Of a stretch of 64,000 bases of DNA, positions 10,811-21,388 are shown piece after piece. The DNA is taken from contig CAWAOD010000014.1 in NCBI GenBank assembly GCA_963783575.1, forward strand, positions 416,001 to 480,000, written 5' to 3'. Numbering within the stretch: the first letter of the stretch is position 1; each line of letters starts with the position of its first letter. The position numbers and the translations under genes are program-made. The stretch comes from an uncultured Spirochaetota bacterium. Lineage in GTDB: Bacteria; Spirochaetota; Brevinematia; Brevinematales; JAOACQ01. Under the pieces are notes generated by a model, which saw nothing but the letters and a program-made list of their open reading frames with translations, did not search any database and was not told the DNA's origin.

Positions 10811-11248
10811 ATGAAAAATTTAATAAAAACATTTATTTTATTCTTTGTTATTTATGTACCTGCCTACTCTTCCGATATCAGGATCGAAACTATAGGATTT
10901 ATGAGCGGCCAGAATATTTATATAACTTATCTGGCGCTTGGTTTTTTATATGACAGTTATGAAAAAGGTGTATATGATGCCGGCTTTACTTCTTTAATGG
11001 TAAAAGAAATAAATGCATCTTGTAAAAAATCCAAAATTAATACACAGGATCTTCTCGATAAGAAAGTTTTAACCGGCAACGATGAAGATTATGGGAAAAA
11101 CATAATAGACACATACGATACTTTAATGTCCGAGGCAAATTCAATAAACAGTGTTATTGAATCCGGTAATTCCGATACAGTCAAACAGTTTGAAAGGAAT
11201 AAAAGCAAAACCTGGGATAAAATACAAACTCTATTAAATATAGAATAA
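10811..11248 (+). CDS. Hypothetical exported helical protein
   Basis: 145 aa, signal peptide ending AYS, GGGGAG RBS. Confidence 0.7.
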   Translation: MKNLIKTFILFFVIYVPAYSSDIRIETIGFMSGQNIYITYLALGFLYDSYEKGVYDAGFTSLMVKEINASCKKSKINTQDLLDKKVLTGNDEDYGKNIIDTYDTLMSEANSINSVIESGNSDTVKQFERNKSKTWDKIQTLLNIE

Positions 11249-11277
11249 TACCGCTTTTGTAAAATGGGGGTTTCATA

Positions 11278-12225
11278 ATGAAATTGAGCCAATGGCTGGA
11301 TAATAAGCTTCAGAAAATATCTTTGAAAATTGTAGAAATTAATGAAAAATACTTTTTTCCTGATAATACTATAGGGTTTGAAGGCAAAGAATCCGTTTAC
11401 CGTCTGATAGAACTTTTTAGAGAAGCAATATTTCCCGGAGTTTACGATAAACATCATATAGACAGATACCGAATGAATATATTCATAGGCAATCTTTTAA
11501 GAGAAGCCGCCCTTAACCTTTCTTACCTTATTGAGAAAGTTCTGGAGCACCAGTGTAAAAATAAAGACTGCAAAACATGTGATTTTAAGGAAACTGCAAA
11601 TGAGATCACGATAGAATTGATCAATGAATTTCCTTTGATAAGGGAAATTCTTCAAACCGATATTATAGCTGCCTATAACGGTGATCCTGCCGCGAAATTC
11701 AATGAAGAAATTATACTTAGTTACCCGTCAATCGAGGCATTAAGCATATACAGGATTGCACACTTTCTTTATGAAAAGGACGTCCCGCTTATACCCAGAA
11801 TTATGACAGAACACGCCCATCAAAAGACCGGTATCGATATTCATCCGGGGGCTAAAATCGGAAAATATTTTTTCATAGATCATGGTACGGGCGTGGTAAT
11901 CGGTGAAACAGCTCGAATCGGCAATAATGTAAAAATTTATCAAGGGGTAACTTTAGGCGCGAAAAGTTTTCCCCTGGATGAGTTCGGCAACCCGATTAAG
12001 GACCTGAAGCGCCATCCGGATATTGATGATAATGTGGTTATTTATTCCGGTGCTACAATTCTTGGGGGAGATACAAGGATCGGGCATAATTCCACCATAG
12101 GCGGCAATGTATGGCTTACACATTCAGTACCGCCAAATTCGATGGTTTATAATTCACAGCCTTCGCCGATTGTAAAAACCAAGAATAATAAAGATAATTA
12201 TGGGGATTTCGATTATAATATTTGA
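11278..12225 (+). CDS. cysE: Serine O-acetyltransferase
   Basis: GDPAA, TGIDIHPGAKIG, FFIDHGTGVVIGET, YQGVTLG, KRHP hexapeptide region. Confidence 0.93.
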   Translation: MKLSQWLDNKLQKISLKIVEINEKYFFPDNTIGFEGKESVYRLIELFREAIFPGVYDKHHIDRYRMNIFIGNLLREAALNLSYLIEKVLEHQCKNKDCKTCDFKETANEITIELINEFPLIREILQTDIIAAYNGDPAAKFNEEIILSYPSIEALSIYRIAHFLYEKDVPLIPRIMTEHAHQKTGIDIHPGAKIGKYFFIDHGTGVVIGETARIGNNVKIYQGVTLGAKSFPLDEFGNPIKDLKRHPDIDDNVVIYSGATILGGDTRIGHNSTIGGNVWLTHSVPPNSMVYNSQPSPIVKTKNNKDNYGDFDYNI

Positions 12226-12260
12226 AAAAAGATTAGATATTATAATTTATTAGGAATCAA

Positions 12261-12929
12261 TTAATAAAGTGCGAATATTTCACTTGTAAACATTTCCAGT
12301 TTTTTTTCATCAAGTTTACCGTTTGTCCTAAGTCCGCTGCATATGTCAAGTCCGAATGGACGGACTTCCTCAATAGCTTCTATAACATTATCGGGATTTA
12401 AACCACCTGCCAAATATATAGGTATATTAAGCTTCTCCCGAATTTCCTTACTTATTTTCCAGTCATGAACTCTTCCCGTACCGCCCAATTCTTTTACTTT
12501 AGTATTTTGGTTCCCTGAATCAAGTAATATTGCATCAACATACGCTGAAACTTTGACTGCTTCAAATACGGATTCTTTTCCGCGGACATGAACAACCTGA
12601 ACTATGGAAATTCCCAGCATAGCGTCTTTAAGTTCCGCATAGCTTCCTTCTAAAAGGCTGTCGCATATCTGGATAGTATTAGCACGGCAGTATTTCTGAT
12701 CCTTAATTATTGACTCAGCATCCCGTTTACTGGTTAACAGAAAAGTTGACACTCCTGCCGGTATTTCTTTAATAATCTTCCTTATCAAATTAAGGGAAAT
12801 CACGCCGGGACCGCTGGGCATTTCAGAAACAAAACCCAGGGCATCTGCACCGTATCGGATAGCCATCCGGGCTTCTTCTATATTCTCAATACAGCAAATC
12901 TTTATCCGCGGTCTAAAACTTTTTTCCAT
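12261..12929 (-). CDS. trpF: Phosphoribosylanthranilate isomerase family protein
   Basis: IKICCI, GADALGFV, LLDS...GGTG..HDW, LAGGLNPDNV. Not in a trp operon here. Confidence 0.85.
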   Translation of the reverse strand: MEKSFRPRIKICCIENIEEARMAIRYGADALGFVSEMPSGPGVISLNLIRKIIKEIPAGVSTFLLTSKRDAESIIKDQKYCRANTIQICDSLLEGSYAELKDAMLGISIVQVVHVRGKESVFEAVKVSAYVDAILLDSGNQNTKVKELGGTGRVHDWKISKEIREKLNIPIYLAGGLNPDNVIEAIEEVRPFGLDICSGLRTNGKLDEKKLEMFTSEIFALY

Positions 12930-12948
12930 ATTTAATTTCCGTCCCTAA

Positions 12949-14262
12949 TTATAGCGAGTATACATCCCTTCTATCAACTACTCTTTTTGCCTTTCCCAGG
13001 CTTCTTTCAATTGTTCTGGGTTCAACAAGTTTCAATTTAACCTTAATTCCAAGGACTGCATAAAGTTTGTTTACTATTCTGTTTTCCAGTTCTACAATTT
13101 TTTTCATTTCATCAAAGAATATTGAATCAACAGCTTCAACCCTTATTTCAAGAGAGTCAATATTATGCTGCCTATCAACAACAATCTGATAGTGCGGAGC
13201 AACACCTTCAATCTCAAGAAGCACTTCCTCAATTTGAGAAGGAAATACATTTACACCGCGGACAATAAGCATGTCATCGGTTCTGCCCATTATTTTCATA
13301 ATTCTTGCCGTTGTTCTGCCACAGGAACAAGGTTCTTCATTAATAACGGACAAATCCTTGGTTCTATAACGGAGAAGCGGCAGGGCTTCTTTATCCAGAG
13401 GAGTAATGATTAATTCCCCTTTTTCACCTTCATCTAACCATTCTCCTGTTTTAGGGTCTATCACTTCAATTATAAAAGAGTCTTCATTTATATGCATCCC
13501 TTTCTTTTCAAGACACTCGCCTGATATGCCGGGGCCGATAACTTCCGACATACCGTAATTATCCGTTGCCGTAAGTTTAAAACCCCTTTCAAGCTCATTT
13601 CTGATCGATTCACTCCATGGCTCGGCTCCGAATAAGCCGAATTTCAGTTTGAGGTCTTTTTCAGGTTTTATATTCATCTCTTTCATCATATCAAGAATGT
13701 GAAGGGCATATGATGGCGTCCCAACAAGAACAGAAGCTCCAAAATCCTTTAAAAGCTGAAGCTGGCGCTGAGTATTCCCGCTTGATACCGGTATAACCGC
13801 CGCACCAATTTTTTCAAGCCCGTAATGAAGCCCGAAACCCCCGGTAAATAAACCATATCCGAAAGAAATATGCGCGATATCATTCTTTGTTGCCCCTCCT
13901 GCTGAAGCAATACGTGCAACCATCTCACTCCACCACTCAAGGTCTTTTCTGGTGTATCCTACAACAGTGGGCCTTCCGGTAGTACCGCTCGACGCATGTA
14001 TTCTCACTATGTCAGACATTGGAACCGCAAAAAGACCATAAGGATAATTATTCCTCAAATCATCCTTTGTAGTAAAAGGAAGCTTTTTTAAATCCTCAAT
14101 TTTTCTGATATCGCCGGGACTGATCCCGAAATCGTCCAACTTATCTCTGTAAAATTTTACATTATCATATATGTAATAAATCATTTTCTTTAATTTTTCC
14201 AGTTGAATTTCTTTTATTTTTTTCCTGGGCATTGTTTCGATTTCCTTGTTCCAGATTGGCAT
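12949..14262 (-). CDS. paaK: Phenylacetate--CoA ligase family protein
   Basis: [67 protein letters not shown]. Confidence 0.92.
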   Translation of the reverse strand: MPIWNKEIETMPRKKIKEIQLEKLKKMIYYIYDNVKFYRDKLDDFGISPGDIRKIEDLKKLPFTTKDDLRNNYPYGLFAVPMSDIVRIHASSGTTGRPTVVGYTRKDLEWWSEMVARIASAGGATKNDIAHISFGYGLFTGGFGLHYGLEKIGAAVIPVSSGNTQRQLQLLKDFGASVLVGTPSYALHILDMMKEMNIKPEKDLKLKFGLFGAEPWSESIRNELERGFKLTATDNYGMSEVIGPGISGECLEKKGMHINEDSFIIEVIDPKTGEWLDEGEKGELIITPLDKEALPLLRYRTKDLSVINEEPCSCGRTTARIMKIMGRTDDMLIVRGVNVFPSQIEEVLLEIEGVAPHYQIVVDRQHNIDSLEIRVEAVDSIFFDEMKKIVELENRIVNKLYAVLGIKVKLKLVEPRTIERSLGKAKRVVDRRDVYSL

Positions 14263-14593
14263 ATAAACTCCTGAATATTATTATAAGCGATTATAGTTTT
14301 ATGGATTGCTTAATAAAGGCAATTAATAATAAATAATATTTTACTATAATTTTAGCGGGCATATTAGCTGAATTTCTAGAATTGCCCTGGTTTTTAGACA
14401 TAAAAAAATTATTAAATTGAAAACTAAATTTTTGATAAGACTTTATTTTATTATAAGATTGGATTTCTATCAAATATAAAGTGAAAACCTAAATTTTGAT
14501 CGGATTTTGCAATATGGCAATTAAATAACGTGGCTTAATAATTGTTTTCTTATTAATAAACAATTTGAGAATTAAATCTTGTAATACAATAAA

Positions 14594-14899
14594 TTATTTT
14601 ATTTTTGCGATCATTTCTTTTTCTTTTTTTAAAAGCTGGGCCAGTTTTTCAATCGTGGCCGAATTACCCCTGGAAGTCATCAAAAACAGAAGTTCTTTGA
14701 GATTGTAATCATTAATAACATATTTGGATGAATTATTTTCCTTTTTTTCGCTATTATTTTCGGCAGTTTCTTTCTCAATTGCTTCTTTTTTTACAGCTTC
14801 CTTCTCAACATTGAGTTCCTGGGTAAGACGTTTTTCCGCAAGGCTGGCAATTTGCTGTTCCTGATTTATCAGGCCCGGACTTAAACCATTGATAATCAT
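14594..14899 (-). CDS. Small hypothetical protein
   Basis: 101 aa with a strong AGGAGGG RBS; charged and helical. Confidence 0.75.
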   Translation of the reverse strand: MIINGLSPGLINQEQQIASLAEKRLTQELNVEKEAVKKEAIEKETAENNSEKKENNSSKYVINDYNLKELLFLMTSRGNSATIEKLAQLLKKEKEMIAKIK

Positions 14900-14979
14900 A
14901 AATTCCCTCCTTGGAATTTAATCATAATAATTTGATTCCGTCATCCATTACGAAATATTTTTATTATTATGTATATATA

Positions 14980-15007
14980 CTATCGATTATTTTTATTATT
15001 ATCTTTA
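14980..15007 (-). promoter_or_regulatory. Candidate sigma28-type promoter
   Basis: Minus strand TAAA-N16-ATCGATAG, about 80 nt upstream of the 14899 start. Same geometry as the 5509-5536 site. Confidence 0.35.
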
Positions 15008-15034
15008 TTTTTTTCAAAAATTTATTTTCAATAC

Positions 15035-15691
15035 TTATTTTTTTTCAAAATTTTCAATGTTTTGATTTGTAATTTTTCGAATTATTCCGCTTAAATCTAT
15101 TTTGTTATTATAACAATAAGTTAAAAGACTCTCGATGAAATTCACTGTATCATTTTGATTATCATTATCAAAGAATTTGTTAAATAATCCGATGAGCTCT
15201 TTATTTTTAAGCTCATTAATTTCTTTACCAGACAATTTTATTTTATCCATTATTTTAAAGTATCTTTGAACTTCGGGCAGACCTTTCGGAATTCCGTCAA
15301 AAGGGGTTTTTCTTTTTAAGTTTTTACTTTCGGTAAGTTTTATTGATTCCCAGTTTTCAATAATCGTATCCACACCGTCAACTTTAAGGCCGGCAAATAC
15401 ATGAGGGTGTCTTCTGATAAGTTTATCGGAAATTTTCTTTATTACATTTTCAATAGTCAGCTTATTTTCCTGCTCGGCAATATATGATATAAATAAAATT
15501 AAAAACAAAAGATCGCCTAATTCTTCTTCAAGATCATCAATTTGATTATTATCTATAGCATCAATAACCTCATAGGTTTCTTCTATTATATCAGGAGCAA
15601 GTGTTTCGATTGTCTGTTCCCTGTCCCATGGACATCCATTATCACCTCTAAGAGTTTTAATAATATTAAGAAGCCTCTGAAATTGTTCCAT
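15035..15691 (-). CDS. mazG: Nucleoside triphosphate pyrophosphohydrolase MazG (second domain degenerate)
   Basis: LRGDNGCPWDREQT, EETYEVIDAI, EELGDLL, KLIRRHPHVF. Confidence 0.9.
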   Translation of the reverse strand: MEQFQRLLNIIKTLRGDNGCPWDREQTIETLAPDIIEETYEVIDAIDNNQIDDLEEELGDLLFLILFISYIAEQENKLTIENVIKKISDKLIRRHPHVFAGLKVDGVDTIIENWESIKLTESKNLKRKTPFDGIPKGLPEVQRYFKIMDKIKLSGKEINELKNKELIGLFNKFFDNDNQNDTVNFIESLLTYCYNNKIDLSGIIRKITNQNIENFEKK

Positions 15692-15709
15692 TTTAACACC
15701 TGCTTATAA

Positions 15710-16261
15710 TTATTTAAGATCAGAATCAATTTTAGATTTTAATTTAATCTGTTTTTTACCCTGAGTACTATTTTCCGACAGATAATTTTTCCGGAATTCC
15801 TGTTTAACTTTATGAAGTATACCATTGATATAATTTGAAGTATTTTCTTCGCAGTATTTTTCCGATAATTCATTAGCTTCCGAAATGGCTACTTCAATCG
15901 GAACATCATACTGATATAATAATGAATAAATGGAAATTCTTAAAATCGCCTTATCCATAGCATGCAAACGGTCGAATTCCCAGTTGACAAGATGTTTCTT
16001 TATGATTGTATCGATCCTGGCAAGATTACCTACCGCACCATTTATTATCTGGCCTGTAAAATGATATATATCTGATTTTATAGACAAAGGAATGTAGAAT
16101 AAATTGCCGTCTTCATTTCCAAATTTATAAATTTCATCATACCATTTAAAATCAAGAATATCATTCAATAAAGAATTGTTAGCATCATACATATATATGG
16201 AAATTACAGCCAGTTCTCTGCCGAGTTCGCGAACACCCCTTGACTGTTTATATTCAGACAT
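15710..16261 (-). CDS. nusB: Transcription antitermination factor NusB
   Basis: R...RELAV, NWEFDRL..MDKAILR, VAISEANELS, YINGILH; follows ribH. Confidence 0.9.
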   Translation of the reverse strand: MSEYKQSRGVRELGRELAVISIYMYDANNSLLNDILDFKWYDEIYKFGNEDGNLFYIPLSIKSDIYHFTGQIINGAVGNLARIDTIIKKHLVNWEFDRLHAMDKAILRISIYSLLYQYDVPIEVAISEANELSEKYCEENTSNYINGILHKVKQEFRKNYLSENSTQGKKQIKLKSKIDSDLK

Positions 16262-16273
16262 TAGTGTTTTCCT

Positions 16274-16744
16274 TTAACTTTTTATCTGGGAATAAAGGCT
16301 CGCCATTTCAACTGCCGAAACAATTGCATCATATCCTTTATTGCCGCTTTTGGTTCCAGCCCTGTCAATTGCCTGTTCCATATCATCAGCTGTTATAAGT
16401 CCATATATAACAGGAATAAAACCCTCTGCCGATAATTCCATAATTGATTTGGAAGAATTGGAAGCAACATATTCAAAATGAGGAGTCTGCCCGCGGATAA
16501 TCACACCAAGACAGACTAAAGCATCGTATTTTTTTGAATCCATTAATTTTCTTGCCACCCCAGCAATTTCATAACTGCCTGGGACCTTAAAAATATCAAG
16601 ATCATTTAAATCACCGTCAAGTTGAAGATAAGCGTTTTTCGCGCCATCTAAAAGCTTGTCGCCAATAAACGAGTTGAATTTACTCAGTATGACGGCTATT
16701 TTAATACCCCTGGCATTCAATTTACCCTCGAATAAATTCATCAT
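16274..16744 (-). CDS. ribH: 6,7-dimethyl-8-ribityllumazine synthase
   Basis: VPGSYEI, CLGVIIRGQTPHFEYV, RAGTKSGNKG. Confidence 0.95.
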   Translation of the reverse strand: MMNLFEGKLNARGIKIAVILSKFNSFIGDKLLDGAKNAYLQLDGDLNDLDIFKVPGSYEIAGVARKLMDSKKYDALVCLGVIIRGQTPHFEYVASNSSKSIMELSAEGFIPVIYGLITADDMEQAIDRAGTKSGNKGYDAIVSAVEMASLYSQIKS

Positions 16745-17798
16745 ATGCTCCTTTATAATTATTATCCTGGATTTTTACCGGTATTTCACCTTTTGTAATT
16801 TTTTCAATTATTAATTTATGAAATATTTCTTGAATCCGGTCATCTTTCAGCTTATTTTCTATTAAAGGACGGGCTTTTTCAAAACTGATTGTTTTTGGCG
16901 GTTGTCTGTCTATTAATTTAATAATCAAAATTGTATTTTTTCCATTTTTCTTTAAAGGGACAACCTGAGGACCGAATACAACACCGTTAGTCATAGTTAT
17001 TGAACTTAATGTGTTTAACTGGATTTTTTCCATTGTAGATATACCAATAACCTCTTCTGGATAACCCATATAATATAGATCATAAACCGATTTAAGCCCG
17101 GTTCTTCCGGAGTAGGATTCAAACTTGACGTTTTTATATTTTAGAAGTATTGAATCAATATCATTTGTTGATTTCAATAAAGTTGAAATTTCGGTAAATG
17201 TATTCTCGAACTTCTCCAGATTGTTTAAACTAAGATTTGTCGGCTGTACTGCCGCGATAACAATTATATCAATCATAGCAGGATCTATCATTGCATTTGA
17301 ATTTTTTGTATAATACTCTCTTGAATCATTTTCAGGAATGTCTGCATTTACTTTTTCTTTGACTTCCTGATCATAATACATCATTGCCCTTACGATCTGC
17401 TGTTTTTTAATCTGAGCTCTATACTGATCCGGAAAATCCTGGAATAACTTTCTCCTTATTTCAACTCCAGGATCTTTTGAATTTGTTATGTTTGTAACTG
17501 AATTAATAATATTTTCAAGTTCCTGAGGCTGTAAAATGATTTTTTTATTGTTATCAGATAAGTAGAAAAGGCTGTAAATTGATATAAGTTCTTTAAATGC
17601 GAAATTAGTATCATTATTCAACTTTCCGGTGTTTTCCTTGTCAAAATCAGACATCAGTTTAATATCATAAGAGGTTATTGCGTAATTACCTATACTTGCA
17701 GCAATGGAATAAACTGCTTTTCCATAGCTTAATGCTGATAAACCCAGTAGTAATATCAGTGTACAACGAATCATAATATATCTCCCGATTAAAATCAA
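16722..17798 (-). CDS. SurA/PrsA-like periplasmic chaperone (degenerate parvulin fold)
   Basis: Signal peptide, IAASIGNYAITSYDI SurA-N-like start, C-terminal ISFEKARPLIENKLK. Likely start is the ATG at 17774. Confidence 0.65.
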   Translation of the reverse strand: MILIGRYIMIRCTLILLLGLSALSYGKAVYSIAASIGNYAITSYDIKLMSDFDKENTGKLNNDTNFAFKELISIYSLFYLSDNNKKIILQPQELENIINSVTNITNSKDPGVEIRRKLFQDFPDQYRAQIKKQQIVRAMMYYDQEVKEKVNADIPENDSREYYTKNSNAMIDPAMIDIIVIAAVQPTNLSLNNLEKFENTFTEISTLLKSTNDIDSILLKYKNVKFESYSGRTGLKSVYDLYYMGYPEEVIGISTMEKIQLNTLSSITMTNGVVFGPQVVPLKKNGKNTILIIKLIDRQPPKTISFEKARPLIENKLKDDRIQEIFHKLIIEKITKGEIPVKIQDNNYKGAYDEFIRG

Positions 17799-17864
17799 TC
17801 AATCTTGAAATGTTAATTAAATTATTATGAATAAAATAAGTTAAATAGTAAAGTCTTTAAAGAT

Positions 17865-19442
17865 TTATTTATCTTTTTCATTTTCTATTTTCATCAATAT
17901 ATAATTCATACTGTCAACAAGAGCATGCCAGCTTGCTTCGATTATATTTTCCGATACTCCGACAGTTCCCCATTCATAGCCATCGAAACGGAATAAAATC
18001 AAGACCCTTGTTTGAGCTGCCGTTCCGGCTTTCGGATTCAAAATCCTCACTTTATAATCGATCAATTTTACGCTTTTCACAACCGGATAAAATACGGACA
18101 AAGCATTCTTCAGGGCAATATCAAGGGCATTTACGGGGCCATCTCCCTCCGATACTGTTAATTCCTCGAGCTCTCCTACGCGTATTTTAACCGTCGCTTC
18201 AATAACGGGTAAAATACCTTCTTTAACATAAGTAAATGTTTTAAATGATTCAACACTAAACCTGTCTTTAAATAAACCTGTAATTTTCTTAACCAGGATT
18301 TCAAATGATGCATCGGCTCCTTCGAATTCATAGCCCATATTTTCCATTTCTTTAATTTGCTCAACAAGTTGAGGAATAAACTGTTTATCAATTTCAAGAC
18401 CAAGTTCCCTTGTTTTTTCCAGGATATTCGATTTACCAGCCTGATCAGAAATCAATATTCTTCTTTTGTTCCCGACTAGTTCAGGATTTATGTGTTCATA
18501 AGTTTTGTTATTTTTTTCCATAGCGTCGACATGAACTCCTGCTTTATGGGTAAAAGCACTGGTCCCCGTATATGGCTGGTGGGCATCGGGAATTAAATTA
18601 GCCATCTCGTATATATAATGGGATAGTTCAAGCAATTTCTGCATTTTCTTTTTATCTATATAGTTAAATTTATATCCCATTTTAAACATCAAATTCGGTA
18701 AAATTGAACATAGATTGGCGTTGCCGCACCTTTCACCGATGCCGTTGATCGTGCCCTGGATATGAACTGCTCCATTTCTTACTGCCTCAATGCTGTTTGC
18801 AACGGCGCAATCGCTGTCATTATGAGTATGAATACCGATTTTAGATTTGATTTCACTGCGAATAGCTCCCATTATTTCTCCAATATTTTGAGGCAGCATT
18901 CCGCCGTTTGTATCGCATAGAACTATTGTATCAGCCCCTGCTTTTTCAGCTTTTCGTATAACCTTAAGAGCATAATCCGGATTTGCTATATAACCGTCAA
19001 AAAAATGTTCGGCATCAAAAATTACTTCTTTATTTTTTGATTTTAAATAAGCAAGGGAATCATAAATCAATTCAAGATTACTTTCGAGTGAAATATTAAA
19101 AACATCAATTACGTGCAGATCCCATGATTTTCCGAAAATTGTTACAACAGGAGTATCAGCAAGGATCAACTCTTTAATATTTACATCCTCACTCACTTTA
19201 TTCTTCGCATGCCTTGTTCTTCCGAAAGCAGTAGTTTTTGCATTCATCATTTCAATTTTCTTCAGTTCTTCAAAGAAACTTTTATCTTTCGGGTTAGACC
19301 CAGGCCATCCGCATTCAACATAATCAACCCCGAAACTATCCAGTTTTTTTGCAATAGAAATCATATCCTGGATGGAAAAATTAATCCCTTCCGACTGTTT
19401 TCCGTCTCTTAATGTCGTGTCATATACCAATAATTTTTCCAT
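17865..19442 (-). CDS. cimA: Citramalate synthase (alpha-IPMS family)
   Basis: YDTTLRDG, GWPGSNPKD, FGKSWDLHV, DAEHFFDGY, GIHTHNDS, GERCGNANLCS, DYKVRIL regulatory domain. Confidence 0.92.
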   Translation of the reverse strand: MEKLLVYDTTLRDGKQSEGINFSIQDMISIAKKLDSFGVDYVECGWPGSNPKDKSFFEELKKIEMMNAKTTAFGRTRHAKNKVSEDVNIKELILADTPVVTIFGKSWDLHVIDVFNISLESNLELIYDSLAYLKSKNKEVIFDAEHFFDGYIANPDYALKVIRKAEKAGADTIVLCDTNGGMLPQNIGEIMGAIRSEIKSKIGIHTHNDSDCAVANSIEAVRNGAVHIQGTINGIGERCGNANLCSILPNLMFKMGYKFNYIDKKKMQKLLELSHYIYEMANLIPDAHQPYTGTSAFTHKAGVHVDAMEKNNKTYEHINPELVGNKRRILISDQAGKSNILEKTRELGLEIDKQFIPQLVEQIKEMENMGYEFEGADASFEILVKKITGLFKDRFSVESFKTFTYVKEGILPVIEATVKIRVGELEELTVSEGDGPVNALDIALKNALSVFYPVVKSVKLIDYKVRILNPKAGTAAQTRVLILFRFDGYEWGTVGVSENIIEASWHALVDSMNYILMKIENEKDK

Positions 19443-19780
19443 AACACACCTCCAAATATATGCAGTAAAATAAGTTAGAAAATAGTTTATTTCATTGTTT
19501 ATTATCGAACCATTAATTAAGCAGACTGGATTTTATAACTCAATTTCATGTCAATAGATATGCTTTAAAATACAAATCTGGCTTTTCTATATTAACATCT
19601 TAATTTTCTTATTATTATACTTGATTTTTATCAAGTATAGCTTGAAAAAGGTTTATAAAAACATTAATTGAAATTCCATAAATAGTATAATTTGAAACTC
19701 TATTAGTGTCAAGGTAATAAATGATTACTAAGGTTAATAATCAGGAAGTCCGGAAAACAAAATGTCTTTTTCAATAATAT

Positions 19781-20557
19781 TTATCTTAAATTGTGCTCCG
19801 TTAGAAATTTTTCATCTTGAAGTATCAGTATAGATTTTCCAGTACGGATAATGTTATGTGATTCCGAAAGAACTAAAGTCTTTTCAAAAATACCTTCGAT
19901 ATATTCAAATTCGTGAGTAGCACAAATTATTGTCTTACCGGATTTATTAAGATCTATAATTAGGTCTTTCATAAATCTCTTTATCCTGGGATCTAGCCCA
20001 TTCATTGGCTCATCTAGAGTGAGAACCTCAGGATTAAGCGCTAAAACTGAAGCAATTGCCACCTTCTTTTTCTCACCCTCACTAAGGTGATAGGGTTCCC
20101 GGTGTTTCAAATGCTCTATACCAAGCATACCAAGGCAATCCTGTACTCGGCTGTTTACAGCTTCCTCTGTAAAACCCATCTGCCTTGGGCCGAACGCAAT
20201 CTCCTCATAAACATTCTGACAAAAAAGCTGAGCATCGGAATTCTGAAATACAAAACCTATACTTTTATGAAATTTTTTGGAAAAATACTTGTCGCTTAAT
20301 TTTTGTAAATTAATAATCTCCCCATTGAAAAAATATTCGCCAGAATCGGGAAGTATGATGCCGTTTATCAGTTTTAACAGGCTTGATTTTCCGCTCCCGT
20401 TCGGACCGATTATAGCGACGGATTCTCCTCCGGCAATACTCAGGTTTAAATTTATCAGAGCGGAATTATTCCTGTAGCCGTAATTAATATTTTTCAGTTC
20501 GATAATATTATTCATTTGCTTCCCTAACCCATTTTCAAAAACAAAAAAATGAAGCAA
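19781..20557 (-). CDS. cbiO: Ni/Co ECF transporter ATPase (NikO/CbiO/LarO)
   Basis: Walker A GPNGSGKS, FQNSDAQLF, LSEGEKKKVAIA, LDEP. Likely start is the ATG at 20515. Confidence 0.9.
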   Translation of the reverse strand: MLHFFVFENGLGKQMNNIIELKNINYGYRNNSALINLNLSIAGGESVAIIGPNGSGKSSLLKLINGIILPDSGEYFFNGEIINLQKLSDKYFSKKFHKSIGFVFQNSDAQLFCQNVYEEIAFGPRQMGFTEEAVNSRVQDCLGMLGIEHLKHREPYHLSEGEKKKVAIASVLALNPEVLTLDEPMNGLDPRIKRFMKDLIIDLNKSGKTIICATHEFEYIEGIFEKTLVLSESHNIIRTGKSILILQDEKFLTEHNLR

Positions 20558-21323
20558 TCAGCAGGCAGTTTGCGCCAAAATATATACAATCTTCAGGTTT
20601 TATATGATATTTCCAAGAGGGAAGGTAACGCCCGTTAAAACCTCTGCATTCCATTGCGGAATACGTCAACTCAGCCATTTCTTTTGACTTAAGGAACAAC
20701 ACCCCCATAAGGTTTGCCAGCGATTGGTGTTTTTTGTCATTTTTTCCGATTGATCTTAACCGTATTGAGTAAAGCATGTTGATTGAAAATTCCCCCAGTA
20801 TGAAAATATATTTTATAGTTATATCAAGTACAAGTATTAGAACATCCGGTATTTTGATAAATTTTAAGGAACGTGTGAGATGGCTCCATTTGGTAGAATT
20901 TGCAAGAATATTTACGGCTGTAATATTACCGATAATTTTTAATAAAAGAATCGTGGTATTGTGAAGGTTTCCCATAAGTGCTGAGGGAAGAAGGATCAAT
21001 GAAGCAAAAATTCCCGCTACAATTATTAAGACCGCGGTTCTTTTAATATCTCTCCATTCAAGCATTCCCAATATGAGAATAATGTATGAATCGCAAAGCA
21101 GTATGAACTGAAAACTCTGTGAAAGCGATAATATTATAATTAATATAAAAGTAAAAATAAATTTCAGTGTTGCGTCTATGCGGTAGAATACACCGTTTTC
21201 CGTTTTGCCGGCCCACCGGATACCGGACAGCATACTCAGAATAGAGAGGATGCTTTTATCAATAAATACATCCCTGTCTTTCCGGGGATAATATTCATCC
21301 TTCTTTGTAAGCCAATCGGTCAC
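20535..21323 (-). CDS. cbiQ: Ni/Co ECF transporter T component (NikQ/CbiQ/LarQ)
   Basis: Multiple TM helices; SIRLRS and AMECRGF coupling-helix motifs. Confidence 0.88.
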   Translation of the reverse strand: MTDWLTKKDEYYPRKDRDVFIDKSILSILSMLSGIRWAGKTENGVFYRIDATLKFIFTFILIIILSLSQSFQFILLCDSYIILILGMLEWRDIKRTAVLIIVAGIFASLILLPSALMGNLHNTTILLLKIIGNITAVNILANSTKWSHLTRSLKFIKIPDVLILVLDITIKYIFILGEFSINMLYSIRLRSIGKNDKKHQSLANLMGVLFLKSKEMAELTYSAMECRGFNGRYLPSWKYHIKPEDCIYFGANCLLIASFFCF

Positions 21324-21344
21324 ATTCCCTCCGTTTTTATAGTT

Positions 21345-21380
21345 AAAACACTACTGCTGTAAAACCCGCAAGAGTGTTTT
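21345..21380. other. Intergenic stem-loop between the ECF S and T genes
   Basis: AAAACACT (21345-21352) pairs with AGTGTTTT (21373-21380), with inner TGC/GCA pairing. Confidence 0.45.
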
Positions 21381-21388
21381 GTGATTTT

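Noticed and set aside
14291..14473. 60-aa ORF and GGGCA/TGCCC hairpin upstream of paaK
   Set aside because: TTG start with no RBS in AT-rich DNA, and a 5-bp stem is too weak to call an RNA element.
15035..15691. MazG as an anti-phage or toxin-antitoxin component
   Set aside because: It sits in a housekeeping ribH-nusB operon with no toxin or defence neighbours.
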